DNA of 64,000 nucleotides from Octopus vulgaris (Eukaryota), in the NCBI GenBank assembly GCA_951406725.2, contig OX597826.1, positions 47,492,001 to 47,556,000 of the forward strand, given 5' to 3'. The position numbers and the translations under genes were made by a program. Below the pieces are notes generated by a model. That model was not told where the DNA came from, did no database searches, and saw nothing but the letters and a program-made list of their open reading frames with translations. Positions within the stretch are counted from its first letter, which is position 1; each line of letters begins with the position of its first letter. Shown piece by piece: positions 13,726-26,900 of the stretch.

Positions 13726-13996
13726 ACCACGAAATATCGTTCAATTTAAATTAATCACAAAAATAATCTCCTGAAGTCCTATTAAATATATCTGTGGGTG
13801 GGTGTATGTGTGCTTGAGCATGTATACGCGTGTATGTGTGTCTTACGTGAGCACGTGTGTGTTTGTGTGTACGTGTGTGTGTTGTATGTGTACGTGTGTA
13901 TTTTCATTCATAATGTTTTAAAATTTCTATGCAGCAAAACGCATTTTCCCCTCTGTATTTATTACGATAATTTTATATGTCGAATTATCATATATG

Positions 13997-14069
<73 letters not shown>

Positions 14070-14737
14070 ATATGCGTGTATGTGTATGTGTATCTAATAC
14101 ATCTATGTGTCTATGTATTTATATATGTTACACACAGAAGATACATGTGTGTGTTTACGTGGTCGTATGTATGCTGCATAAATGCATGTGTTTATGTTTA
14201 AATACAGACATATATGTGTTTCAGTGTGTGCTTGTATGTATATACATATATATACACAGTCGAACATGCCTTTCAGATAAGTGCAAGTATGTTCTGCCTA
14301 AGTAAATAGATATAGTGATAGATAAAAGGCGAATTAGATGCTGATTTTCTTGTATGTCGAGGTTTTTGCCGCCTAAACAAACACATGATTGTGAATGAGT
14401 CCGTTGATTTCAAGATATGTGTACATAGCTTCTGCAAGATAAGTATTTACATGTATATATGCAGATAATTCTTGTTTCTTACAATCATTCAGAATACTGA
14501 TATTCATTCATTGACAGTATTCCAAAGATTAAATGAGCCACTCCATACTCAGTAACCTGTGAAACCTGATTCCTAAACTCGATTTTATTAAGTAAATACC
14601 ACACCCTTGAAGAGCTCCAAAGAGCTCTAATAAATATCGGTTCTTATTTATGGTTTCTTGGTATGTTAAATGAGTAACTGTTACATCTTTCTCCTTGATA
14701 GGGCGCCATTTTATGAGTTGATGATACTCATTGTGCG

Positions 14738-14858
14738 AAGGTGCGTAGCTAAGTGGTTAAAGATATTGGTCTCGCGATCGTACGGTTGTTGTTTCGATTC
14801 TCACACCGACCGGGGTGTTCTGTTCTTGAGCAAAGATACTTCTTTTCATATTATTTTA
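14738..14858 (+). mobile_element. SINE family D-like head interrupted by a mariner
   Basis: aggtgcgtagctaagtggttaaag...gtttcgattc...gttcttgagcaaagatacttc. The sequence continues after 15427 (gtttactcagctaaaaataagta). Confidence 0.65.
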
Positions 14859-15425
14859 TTGGGTTGTACGGAAAGTTCATGCCGATTTATAATAGCTTAC
14901 ATTTCGACTTATTTTAGAACATGGTTGAGTCCATAAAATAGGATTTGACTACACCTCCATTTAGAGGACAGTTTAAGCTATCTTTTCGCGGAAGAAGATT
15001 TATGTTCCTATTACCTGTGTTAATTCTGTAACCCTTTTAAAATAGAAGATAAGAAAGTTCATTTTCGGCTCTTGATGCTTTGGGAACCAGACAATAATTG
15101 CTGCAGCTCGGCTGGGATGTGTTACCTCACCCTCCATATTCACTAAATATTGCTCCTTCGGATTTACACTTATTCAGGTCTTTGCAGAATAGTCTTAATG
15201 GTAAAAATTTCAATTCCTTGGATGACGTAAAAAGATACCTTGATGAATTCTTTGCCATGAAACCGCATCAATTCTGGGAAGAAGGTATTTTGAAGTTAAA
15301 GGAAAGATGGAGACGCATTGTGCAACAAAATGGTTCATATTTTGTTGATTAAAAATGTAATAGCAAATATTTATTTACCTTTTTCGTTTCTTTAAAAGTC
15401 GGCACGAACTTTCCGGACAACTCAA
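14859..15425 (+). mobile_element. Internally deleted mariner with both TIRs
   Basis: TIRs ttgggttgtacggaaagttcatgccga / tcggcacgaactttccggacaactcaa, flanked by TA. Transposase C-terminus LQLGWDVLPHPPYSLNIAPSDLHLFRSL...GILKLKERWRRIV. Confidence 0.92.
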
Positions 15426-15765
15426 TAGTTTACTCAGCTAAAAATAAGTATCAGCAACATCTTCAACCAACAGGCCTGCCTTACAAAGGTTGATAGCATT
15501 GTAATCTCAGTTACATATGCGAATGAAAGCAGGGTATAAGGCCCAGCGTGATGAGTATATACGCTTGTGGCAGCCTACTAATCCAAGAAAATCCATCGAC
15601 GATTCTTCACGTCACGTATCCACAACATGCTACCAAAGGCAAGAAGAATTCATTGCAACGTAATAAACTCAAACACTGATAGACATCTTGAACTCAAGAC
15701 CTGTGAGGCTGCAATCCAATATCTTGTCCAGTTAGTTTTATATCGCATTTAGAATTATTTTTTAA

Positions 15766-16006
15766 TTCTTTTACTTGTTTCATTCATTTGACTGAAGCCA
15801 TACTGGAGCACCGCCTTAAAAGATGTTAGTCGAAAAATCAACTTCAGAATATTTCTTTAAAACCTGGTACTTATTCTATCGGTCTCTCTTTGCCGAACCG
15901 CTATGTTACGGGTACGTAAACACACCAACACCGGTTATCTAACGGTGGTTACTGATAAACACAGACATTAAGACACACACACATAGATAGATACAGACAT
16001 ACACAC

Positions 16007-16075
<69 letters not shown>

Positions 16076-16236
16076 CGGGCATCTTTCAGTTTCTGGTTAC
16101 CAAATCCACTCACAAGATTTTGTTCGGCCCGAAGCTATAGTAAAAGATGCCTCCCCAAGGTGTCATGCAATGGGATCGAACCCGGAACCATGCGGTTGAG
16201 AAGCTGGCTTCTTACCACACATCCACGCTTGCGCCT
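15766..16236 (-). mobile_element. SINE family B, diverged
   Basis: Reverse-complement match to 9807-10199, including the internal TA tract. Confidence 0.9.
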
Positions 16237-16407
16237 ATGTAATGAAGTTTAATTTTATTTTTTACAAATATTCAGTTTTGGATATCGCGTGATAACAAAA
16301 TGATGTGTTCATATTTAGAAGCGCTGTGTAATATGCATTATGCATGTATGCATGTATGTGTACATTTCATACATGCATGTGTGCATGTATTTTACATATG
16401 TATGTAT

Positions 16408-16638
16408 TTATTTGTTTATTGCCTACAGGGGGCTAAACATAGAGGGGACAAATAAGGACAGACAAAGGGATTAAGTCGATTACATCGACTACAGTACGTA
16501 GCTGGTACTTATTTAATCGACCCCGGAGGAATGACAGGCAAAGTCGACCTCGGCGAAATTTGAACTCGCAACGTTAGGGTAGACGAAATACCGCTAAACA
16601 TTTTCCCGGCGTGCTAACGATCCGGCCAGCTCTCCGTC
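16408..16638 (-). mobile_element. SINE family C with tail type 1
   Basis: Reverse-complement match to 49698-49930. Confidence 0.9.
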
Positions 16639-17212
16639 CTGTATGTATTATGTACGCTTTATGTATGTATGTGAGTGTGTATGTATGTATTATGTATGTA
16701 TGTATGCATATGTGTATGGAGGCGTCTATGCATGTATGTATGTATATTATGTCAGTCCACTTTTAGTGCCATTGGGCACATATAAACCAGAACAACCTGT
16801 CGGACTGCCGGCGACTAAACCGGTAACCTGAACAACCCTGCTGGCATGGAGGGTTGATTTCGTTGGACACCATACAAGACGAAAAATAAATCCTGTCAAA
16901 AGGTAGAGCCAACGACCATCCAACAGCTGGGAATGAGAGACTCCTAGTTTTTGTTTAGATAGCTCTGTAGAAGAAGGAAATACCAAAATAACACCCGCTC
17001 CATCGCGAATCCGTATATCTTATTTTTCTTTGCTTCTGCACTACTTGGGATTGTGCGTGAGAATATTTTTGGTGTTGTGCAAGCTTTTATTGACCTTATA
17101 TTTCAGCACGGGCTTTGCTGCCAGACGTTATCGTTAACAAAAGTCCGAGATAATTTGTCATTGATGGTTACACTCTCATAGATATTGACATCCGCCATGT
17201 ATGTATATACCG

Positions 17213-17533
17213 TGAAGACGCGTGATTTAGTGGCTTGGGTATTCGGCTCGCGATCGGAAGGTCGTGAGTTCGATTCCAGATGACGCGTGGTGTCCTTGTG
17301 CAAGACATTTTATTTTACTTTGCTCAAGTCCACTTAGCTGGCAAAAATGAGTTGTACCTGTAATTGAAAGGGCCAGCCTTGTCACATTCTGTAATATATT
17401 GAATCTTTCTCAAAATCACATTAAGATTACGTGTATCTGTGAAGTACTCAGCCACTTGCACATTAATTTCACTTGCAGCCTGTTCTATTGACTGGATCAA
17501 CTGGGACCCTCGTCGTAACCGACGGAGTGCCAA
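17213..17533 (+). mobile_element. SINE with family D head/core and family A tail
   Basis: Head with gagttcgattcc, core gtgtccttgtgcaagacattttatt, and tail ...tcagccacttgcacattaatttcac...cgtcgtaaccgacggagtgcc shared with family A. Confidence 0.85.
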
Positions 17534-17929
17534 TAAATATATATAACACCAGGCGATGGACTGACAGAATCGTTAGAGAGACGAACAAAGTGCCTTACAC
17601 CATTTCTCCAGTTCTTTATGTTCTGAATTCTGAGTTCGTATCTTGCCGATCTCAACACTGTCGTTCATCCCTCTGAGGTCGATGAAATAAAATACCAGTG
17701 AAATCGATGTGATCTCCTCAATAGTCGATTATTCTCCTCAAATCCTTTGATTTACGTATAAATTAGAATACACACACGCACACACATAGATGCACGCACA
17801 TATTTGTATGCAAGAAATTACAAAGTGACTCGAGGACCAATAGTTTCGTGTATTGACACTTACCAAGCTGGTTGCCAAACCTTTATGTATGAGTATACTG
17901 TGTGTGTATACCTACCCCACCTCACACAC

Positions 17930-18280
17930 AGTCATTAGACTGCGGCCATGCTGGGTCACTGTTTCGAAGAATTTTTAGTCGAATGAAATGATTCCAATAC
18001 TAACTTTCTTGAAGCCTGCTACTTATTCTATCGGTTTCTTTGGGCAAAACACTAAATTTCGGGGACGTAAACACACCTACACCTGTTGTCAAGCGATGGT
18101 GTGGGGCAAACACAGAAACACACACATATATATGACAGGTTTCTTGCAGTTTCTATCTACCAATTCCTCTCAAAGTGCTCCAGTCTGACCGAAGCTATAG
18201 CAAGTGGCGCCCAAAGTGCAGCGCAGTGGCACTGGGACCATGTGACTGAGAATCAAATTCCTCACTACGCTGCCACATGT
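17930..18280 (-). mobile_element. SINE family B, diverged
   Basis: cagtcattagactgcggccatgctgg...ggggacgtaaacacacc...ggttt. Confidence 0.8.
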
Positions 18281-18865
18281 GTGTATGTATATATATTTGT
18301 GTATGCATGTGTGTGTGTGAGTGATCTCTTAAACATTATCATGTGACACTTTAGAATTAAACACACGTTTGTTTTTACATCTCACGTTAAAACGTTAAAG
18401 TCGGTAAAAGTACTTGAGAGTTGCCAATAATCCTATTTTAATGGTGAGTCGGTGCTAGCCAGTATAATGTTTCCAGCACCTATCATTGCCTTAATTAGAA
18501 GAGAAACAGTAGCAGAATACCCTTTTACATGGTTTCTAAGAATTCTAACGCAAGGAGTAAAACGAACCACGAATCTTGGATTAGTGTCGCACATGATATC
18601 TGATGTAAACATTGCTAAAATACTCTATGGAGGAGTAGGTAGAAAGCGTACTTGAACGTTCAAGAGTACAAAAAAAAAACCTCATGGACATAGAGTACAG
18701 TAGGAGGGGCTCCCACTGTTACTAGAGAACCAGTATAAAGATTCTGATCGCCATGGGAATGACATTGGATGTGCAAGAATATTTTTGCAACACGAAATCT
18801 TTCATGCGCAGGTAATACACACACACATACATATATATATATACATACACATACCACATACATAT

Positions 18866-18935
<70 letters not shown>

Positions 18936-19016
18936 CACAGCGTCCCTTCAACTCCAACTTTCTCTCTCTCTCCTTCTCTCTCCCCAAGTGTATATCTTAC
19001 ACACACGTAAAAATAG

Positions 19017-19071
<55 letters not shown>

Positions 19072-19811
19072 AATATATATATATATGTAAATATTCATAT
19101 ATATGTATTCATATATATATATATATATACATACATATACATATATATACATATGTATTATATATATATATATATATATATACATACATATATATATATA
19201 TATGGATATATATACATATATATATATGTATATATACATATATATATGTATATATATATATTAATATGTACATTGTATGCATATATATACGTATGTGTAT
19301 AATGTATATATATATATATATATACATGTATACTCACAAACAGGGGCGCGCACATACACACATATTTATACTTAGATATACATATACATAATTTATATTA
19401 TGTGCATGTGCGTATAAATAATTTCATGCAAAGGTTATTATGATAACAGACAGAAGACATTGAAGCTCAGTGTCTGTAGAATAAAGTCAACTGTTTGACT
19501 GAAGGAATAAAACTCTTTATCTCTATTATACAGTTTAATCAGTTCTAGCTCACAGAAACTGTTGGGGGCACCAAGCCAAACTGTGTATTTTTATACATAC
19601 GGGTGAGTGTGTTTGTGCGTATTTATGTGTGTGTGTGTGAGCGTCTGTGTGGTTTTCATTGGTGTTATGTAGCATTATTCATAACCTTGACCTTGGAACT
19701 TCAATAGTTTTGATCACACACGTTCTCTAGAAGTACATGCCCACACACACGTACACATACTCACTCACACACATGTATATATGTACACACACGTATATAT
19801 AGATATACATA

Positions 19812-20824
<1,013 letters not shown>

Positions 20825-20983
20825 ATATATATATAAGAGACCAAAGTGTACGTACACCACTATATTTTTTATATATAAAAAATGCAAAAATAGGATAGAA
20901 ATGCAAAACATCTAGACAGACGATCCAAAGAAAACAAGAACGAGTCATTTGGTGTTGTTTTCTTTCCTCAGTCGAGTTTGAGA

Positions 20984-21216
20984 TTATCTTTGCAATTTCG
21001 GCTGGTTATACTCGAGATTGCTCCAATCTGGTCAGCCCCAAGGAAAAACTAAGCTGTGTACCATTTCTCCGTTTTTCTCCGTTTTTTTACCCTCCTTACT
21101 TTCGTATACATTCGCTGCTTTCTTCCCAGGAATCTAATGCTCTTAGCTTAGTTTTTCTTGGAGCTGGCCATACTGAAGCAAACTCGAGTATAACCAGCCG
21201 AAATTGCAAAGATAAT
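20984..21216. repeat. Inverted repeat with ~70-bp arms, PLE-like island
   Basis: attatctttgcaatttcggctggttatactcgag...aaaaactaagct pairs with agcttagttttt...ctcgagtataaccagccgaaattgcaaagataat. Confidence 0.85.
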
Positions 21217-21683
21217 TTCTTTGCAAGTGTCGATGCTAATATCGTAGTTAAAGATGGTTCTACAAGTTCTTGGTGAACCATCTGCACAAATGATTAGTCT
21301 ATAGTCATCAAATGTGGGTGCTGTACATTATCTCACTGCCTCTGTCAAATCGACGTGGTCCAAGCAGGTGCATGGTATACTTCACGCTAGATGTCCAAGC
21401 GATAGCACCGCAGCACTAGATGAAAAGTTCTGCTCAAGAATAGAACGCAGCACCTGATCCGGGAACACGAAACCAGGATCTTGCGATCATGAGTCCAATA
21501 GCCTGACTACTAGGCCATGCGCCCTCAACACACACACACACACGTATATATATATATTAATTATATATTATATGTTATTTATATATTGATTTATGTCTAT
21601 CACTGTTTGAGTTGCATAATAGTGGTTTTATCTCTAATTCATATGTTATATATATATATATATATGTATAATGTGTGTATATA

Positions 21684-22665
21684 CGGGGTGTGATGGGTAA
21701 ATTGTTGCTATTTTGTACTTTCACTTTTACGCATACACATTGTTTTTGATTTTGTCCACCACACAGTATAGTAGGATCAGTTGGGCACCGTCTGTGAGAA
21801 AAACAGCACCATGACGCAATTCACTCTGCCAGAAATTTGGAAACGACATGTTGTACTACTTGACTTTCGCACCGGAAGCTCCAATAACATTTTAGAGTGT
21901 CAATCTGAGTTCAGTGCAATCTCAGGACATGTACTGAGAGTGATAAAAGTCAAACTTCCAGTCAACTTCTTGGTGTCTGGAGTGATCACTAGTGGTGGTG
22001 TCGTTATACTTCCATTACTCTTCCCACACGGCCTCAGACTCAACAGGGGATACCTATATCAATTACCTAGAGGAGGCAGCGTTGCCCTGGGTCAAGAGGG
22101 TGGTAGCTGGAAGACCCTATGTCTGGCGACAGGACGCTGCAGCTTGCCACGCAAGCAGGAAAACCCAGTCATGCCTGTCAGATGATTTTTTATTTCTTTA
22201 TTGCCCACAAGGGGCTAAACACAGATGGGACAAACAAGGACAAACAAAAGGATTAAGTCGATTATATCGACCCCAGTGCGTAACAGGTACTTATTTAATC
22301 GACCCCGAAAGGATGAAAGGCAAAGTCGACCTCGGCGGAATTTGAACTCAGATCGTAGCGTCAGACGAAATACCACTAAGCATTTCGCTCGGCGTGCTAA
22401 CGTCTCTGCCAGCTCACCGCCTTATTTCTGCGACCACATAACCCCTAACATCTGGCCATCTAACTCCCCTGACTACAACCACCTTGATTATTACATGTGG
22501 AGTGCAGTTGAGCGAGAGACCAACAAAACTCCTTGTAACACCAAAGATGAACTGAAGGCAAGGATTATGGCAGCATTCACCAACTTAAACAAGGAGACCG
22601 CCTAGAAGAGTTACAGGAGGTTCCGAAGTCGTCTGGAGCCCATAGTTGAAGCCAATGGCGATTTT
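21684..22665 (+). mobile_element. maT-type (DD37D) Tc1/mariner transposon relic interrupted by SINE C
   Basis: Starts TA|cggggtgtgatgggtaaatt. After removing the SINE it reads YVWRQD-AAACHASRKTQSCLSDDFCDHITPNIWPSNSPDYNHL-DYYMW, i.e. 37 residues between the last two Asp. Right TIR not seen. Confidence 0.85.
22190..22423 (-). mobile_element. SINE family C with tail type 1, nested in the DD37D relic
   Basis: Full-length match to 49698-49930; short ttatttct duplication at the ends. Confidence 0.92.
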
Positions 22666-22829
22666 ATGCTTATTCTTAATCTTCTTGAACTAATCTATTG
22701 CAGTAAAACTATTATCCCATTGTTGAAGCCTAGTGGTCTCTAGTGCTAACGTTTCTGCCTGCTCGCCGTCTTTAGAAGACAATTAATAATAAAGCAGCGT
22801 GTATTTACAGGCCATAAAGAATCGCATAG

Positions 22830-23085
22830 GCTAGAAGTAACGAGAGTCACATAGTATAAGCAATGAGTAACAAGGAGTATAGGTAGTGAGTACCAAAGAG
22901 TAGAAGTAATAAGTACATTAGTATATAGGGCATCATAATATAGAGGCAATGGATAACCCAGAGTAGAGGTAATTAGTACCCTAAGGTAGAGACAACAAGT
23001 ACTATGTTGTAAAGGTACAAGTAATAAGTACATAAAGTTTAGAGAAATAATATCAGAGAGTCTAGGTAATAAGTAACATGGAATA
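22830..23085. repeat. Degenerate minisatellite (agagtagaggtaataagtac-like)
   Basis: Repeated variants agagtagaagtaataagtac, agagtagaggtaattagtac, aagtaataagtac, aggtaataagtaac. Confidence 0.55.
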
Positions 23086-23154
23086 TAAATACTGGAGTGT
23101 GTCTCAGTGGCGGCGAAGGGTGATCAGCTCCGGGTGACGCTTTTAGCCGGGCAA

Positions 23155-23388
23155 CGCTTCTGGGTCTGGTTAGGGTATTCGTGTTGTGTCCTTGAGCTAG
23201 ACATTTTATTTCCCGTTGCCCCAATCCACTCAGCTGGCAAAAAATGAATGGTACTTGTAATTCAAAAGGCCACCCTTGTCACATTCTGTGTCACGCTGAA
23301 TCTCCCTGAAAACCACGTTACGGGTAAACGCGTTTATTGAGTGCTCAACCACTTACACGTTAATTACACGAGCATGCTGTTCCGTTGA
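23155..23388 (+). mobile_element. SINE family D/A-tail, diverged and deleted
   Basis: gtgttgtgtccttgagctagacattttatt...ccactcagctggcaaaaaatga...tgtcacgctgaatctccctga...ctgttccgttga. Confidence 0.75.
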
Positions 23389-23603
23389 GTTCTAGTTCTA
23401 TAAACCAGTACAGGCTTAGGGGCCCATAGAAGGGCTACTCGGGATGACACTCTAGTTATGTATCAGTGAGTATAGTAAATAAGCCACATAGAGTTCAGGT
23501 AATGAATATCATAAAGTAGAGATAATAAGTATTAGAAAGTATTAGTAATGAATAACATGGCATAAGTAATATATTGTATATCATATAATGAAGAGGTGAT
23601 AAA

Positions 23604-23638
<35 letters not shown>

Positions 23639-23652
23639 TATGTATATATGTG

Positions 23653-23691
<39 letters not shown>

Positions 23692-24694
23692 GATTGTACG
23701 CAAATGTATATGTATATCTATATGTGAATGAATTCATATGTACATATATATTTTACGTGTGTGTGAGTGTGTGTATATGTATGTGTGTGTGTGGCTAAAA
23801 CACTAGTCCCTTACCATTACTCTGGTACAGTTCCCTCTGTTATCAATGGGGCGGCAACCTTCAAGCGGAGTGGAACAAATGTATTTGTAAAATCGCGTAT
23901 GCATATACATCTTTGTTCATGTTTGTTGCGAATGTTACTACATATTTATATATGTGTATGTGCATATGTTTAGGTATGTGTGTATGCATGTGTGTATAAG
24001 TGTGTATGTGTATGAATGTATGCCAAAAACCTCTAAATTTCTTGAACTCGGTCCAACATATTATGTATCTATTAAAGTTAATTATATGCATGCTAAATAA
24101 TTTCAGCAATATTTAGTGCTTTAACTTCCAACCAGGTAAATATTCTCTCACCAAGTTCAATCCCAACATCCGTAGATTATTAGTGCTGCCCCGAGGACTA
24201 AAAAGTTCCTGCAAAATTTTTCACCAGAGAACGACATCAAGATTAGTAAATTCTACAGAGACATCAAGTAATCTCTTATGCATGACTGCATTAGTTGGCT
24301 GCCAATATTTATTTGAATTTTGCTGATTTTTTTTTTTTTTTTTTGAAGAAATAAACAAAATAATATAGTTGGAATATAATCAGCAGAATTTCAAAAAAGA
24401 CAAATAATTTTCTAACTCGACAACTGTTGGTTGATTAAAAACTGAAATTTTGGTATTTTTAGTGTCCGCTGGGGAACGGGAATAAATTTGTAGATTCTGG
24501 AGGTTTTGAAACGTTACCTGAGGAAATGATTCATTATTAGCCGAGCTAATGAAGGGAGCATCTACCTGGTCGATTGAATGGCTAGTAAGAGCTCCCGAAC
24601 CTTCCTCAAATCACAAAAATATCGAAGAGGGTACATTAGATGATATAGTCTAGTTCAAGCAATTACTGTAAAGGTGTGATGGCCACGACTGTAT

Positions 24695-24852
24695 TTTCAA
24701 ATTCCGCCGAGGTTGACTTTGCCTTTCATCCTTTCTGGGTCGATAAATTAAGTACCAGTTCCGCACTGGGGTCGATGTAATCGACTTAATACCTATGTCT
24801 GTCCTTGTTTGTCCCCTCTATGTTTAGCCCCTTGTGGGTAATAAAGAAATAT
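24695..24852 (+). mobile_element. SINE family C, 5' truncated
   Basis: ttcaaattccgccgaggttgactttgcctttcatcc...ccccttgtgggtaataaagaaat. Confidence 0.9.
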
Positions 24853-25417
24853 GTATTCTATTTGATCATAGACCTGCTCCATCAGAGTTGACGTGGATAT
24901 AAATAGCAAAAAGAAAAACAAAAAAAAAACAGCATCTCAACCGCGACAGCGGTCACAACAACAGCAACAACAAAAACAGCAATAACAACAGCTCATTCAA
25001 TGCTATACAAACCAACGAGCGATGTGCTACGGGCCAACGTGGGAGTGACTGCTTAATTGGACGTCCTGCTAGAAATAGTAGCCAACCTCCCTGAAATCAC
25101 TTATATCCGTCTTTGAAAGTCTTTTTGGATAATGTAGGACAATTCACTATGCTTAGACAATAATGATGGATGGTCACTGCTAGAACAATTTTAATCATCA
25201 GTCTACAGGAACAACACAGATGTTGGAGAAAACATCTAAAGAAATAATGCAAAATTAGCCAACCGTGCAGTCGAATGTAAACGTACAGAGAAAGAAGAGT
25301 CGATGAGGCGGTTTCAGTTCACGTTTATAAGCACTTTATATCTTGCGTACAACATAAATTCCACAGAATCTTAGATCTCTTCGCATAAAACACTGTGATC
25401 GGTACGATTAGATAATA

Positions 25418-25704
25418 CAGTTCTATATTTAAGAGATGAGGAATTATGTACATTATTTATATTAATTACATTATTTACATTTGACGGATATTTGTCCTCA
25501 TCTTGTTTGTTGTTAACACAACGTTTCGGCTGATATACCCTCGTGCCTTCATCGGGTGTCTTGAGGAAATTTCGAACCTGGGCTCTCATTCCTAAGGTAT
25601 ATTTCGATGTTATTATTATTATGATTATTCAGGTCACAGCATGGAATCGAACTCGGAATCTTGGGGTTAGTAGAGCGCGCTCTTAACCACTACGCCATAT
25701 ACCC
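25418..25704 (-). mobile_element. tRNA-headed SINE (family E) with a PLE-like, hammerhead-containing tail
   Basis: Head GGGTATA-TGGCGTAGTGG...GAGTTCGATTCC (A and B boxes), a (TAA)n linker, then gacac-CCGAUGA-A-GGC...GCC-GAAA-CG-UU-guguu at 25515-25560. Confidence 0.8.
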
Positions 25705-25989
25705 ATCAAATGTAAGTAATACAAATAATATAAATAACGTACAAAATACCTAATCGCTTAAATATAGAATAATTCTTGTTATTGCTCTATTCAAGAATAG
25801 CGCACTTCCGCACTACATCATCAAATACATTCTTATGTAAAGACAGTAGAGTGTGATTTAAAAGAGATTTGGCAGAAATTCCTTGCGACCCAAGCAGATA
25901 CCTTAATTCCTATTAAGCTGAGTTAGCCATATTTCGATAAACTGGCTCCAAATTTTAGTACAAAGATAGCATTTTCGGGGAAAAGGTAT

Positions 25990-26143
25990 AAGTCGATTAC
26001 ATCGACCCCAGTGCTAAACTGGCACTTATTTTATCGATCCCGGGGGATGAAAGGCAAAGCGGACTTCCGCGGATTTGAACTCAGAACGTTAAGACGAATG
26101 AAATACCGCTAGGCATTTTGCCGGCGTTTTAACGATAGCCACC
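25990..26143 (-). mobile_element. SINE family C, diverged
   Basis: aagtcgattacatcgaccccagtg...gatgaaaggcaaag...tttgaactcagaacg. Confidence 0.8.
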
Positions 26144-26504
26144 TTTCGTTTCAGCTAAATTGATTTGGATTTTTTTCATTGGTGAAAATCTTATAATTTA
26201 CTAAACCAACTCTAAAGAGTTTTTCTATAGTGTCGTATTTACATCAAAGTTCATGCTAAGGAGAGAAAGAGAGAGAGAGAGAGAAAGTGAGAGCGAGAAA
26301 GAGACAAACAGACAGAGACAGGGATGTCTGGAGGAGTTAGAAGAATGCCATTTTGATGATCTAGATCGAGTTGCCTGCACGAATGCCTATGTTGTTAGAC
26401 TTGGAACGGATACCTAGTGGCAAAATACAAAACTCTCCCCAGGCATTGCATCTATAGACGTATGTGGAACATATAATATATATATATACACGCATACAAC
26501 CTTG

Positions 26505-26551
<47 letters not shown>

Positions 26552-26585
26552 GTAGAATAATAAAAAAAGTTTCTTGGTACAGTAT

Positions 26586-26679
26586 AATATGTTTGAAAAA
26601 ATGAGTAGAGATGTCTTTTGAGGGGATTAAAATAAAAATTATCCCCCAGAGACATCTCTACTCATTCTTCAAATATATT
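26586..26679. repeat. Hairpin with ~40-bp arms in a microsatellite island
   Basis: aatatgtttgaaaaaatgagtagagatgtc...ggggat / atcccc...gacatctctactcattcttcaaatatatt. Confidence 0.85.
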
Positions 26680-26687
26680 TATATATA

Positions 26688-26900
26688 TCGCCATGTTGAT
26701 TCGTTAGTTACTGCACGCATATTTTTTTCTCTCCTTCTTTCTGTGTTTTTTTTTTTCTCTGTGTATCTTTCTGTTGAAGAGTGTAGGCTCGAAACGTTAA
26801 AGACTTGTTTTATTTATATTTCCTGAGCGCCATACTAATACAATTGTTTGTTTGTTTTCCACCTGCCTTCGTCTTTTGTCTATTTTCATAAAGCTTCCCT
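26688..26900 (+). mobile_element. Penelope-like terminal repeat, family P1, with hammerhead-like motif at 26766-26803
   Basis: ucuuu-CUGUUGA-A-GAGU-GUAG-GCUC-GAAA-CG-UU-aaaga, with perfect helix I pairing. Flanked by TA repeats. Confidence 0.7.

Noticed and set aside
21165-21216. Hammerhead in the 21-kb inverted repeat (ctgaagc...gaaattgcaa)
   Set aside because: The core ends in C, there is no clear helix II and no UH after the palindrome. Kept only as an inverted repeat.
25630-25704. tRNA gene (also the heads at 3400-3478, 20173 and 31740)
   Set aside because: A and B boxes are present, but there is no complete cloverleaf or acceptor stem, and they are fused to repeat bodies. These are SINE heads.
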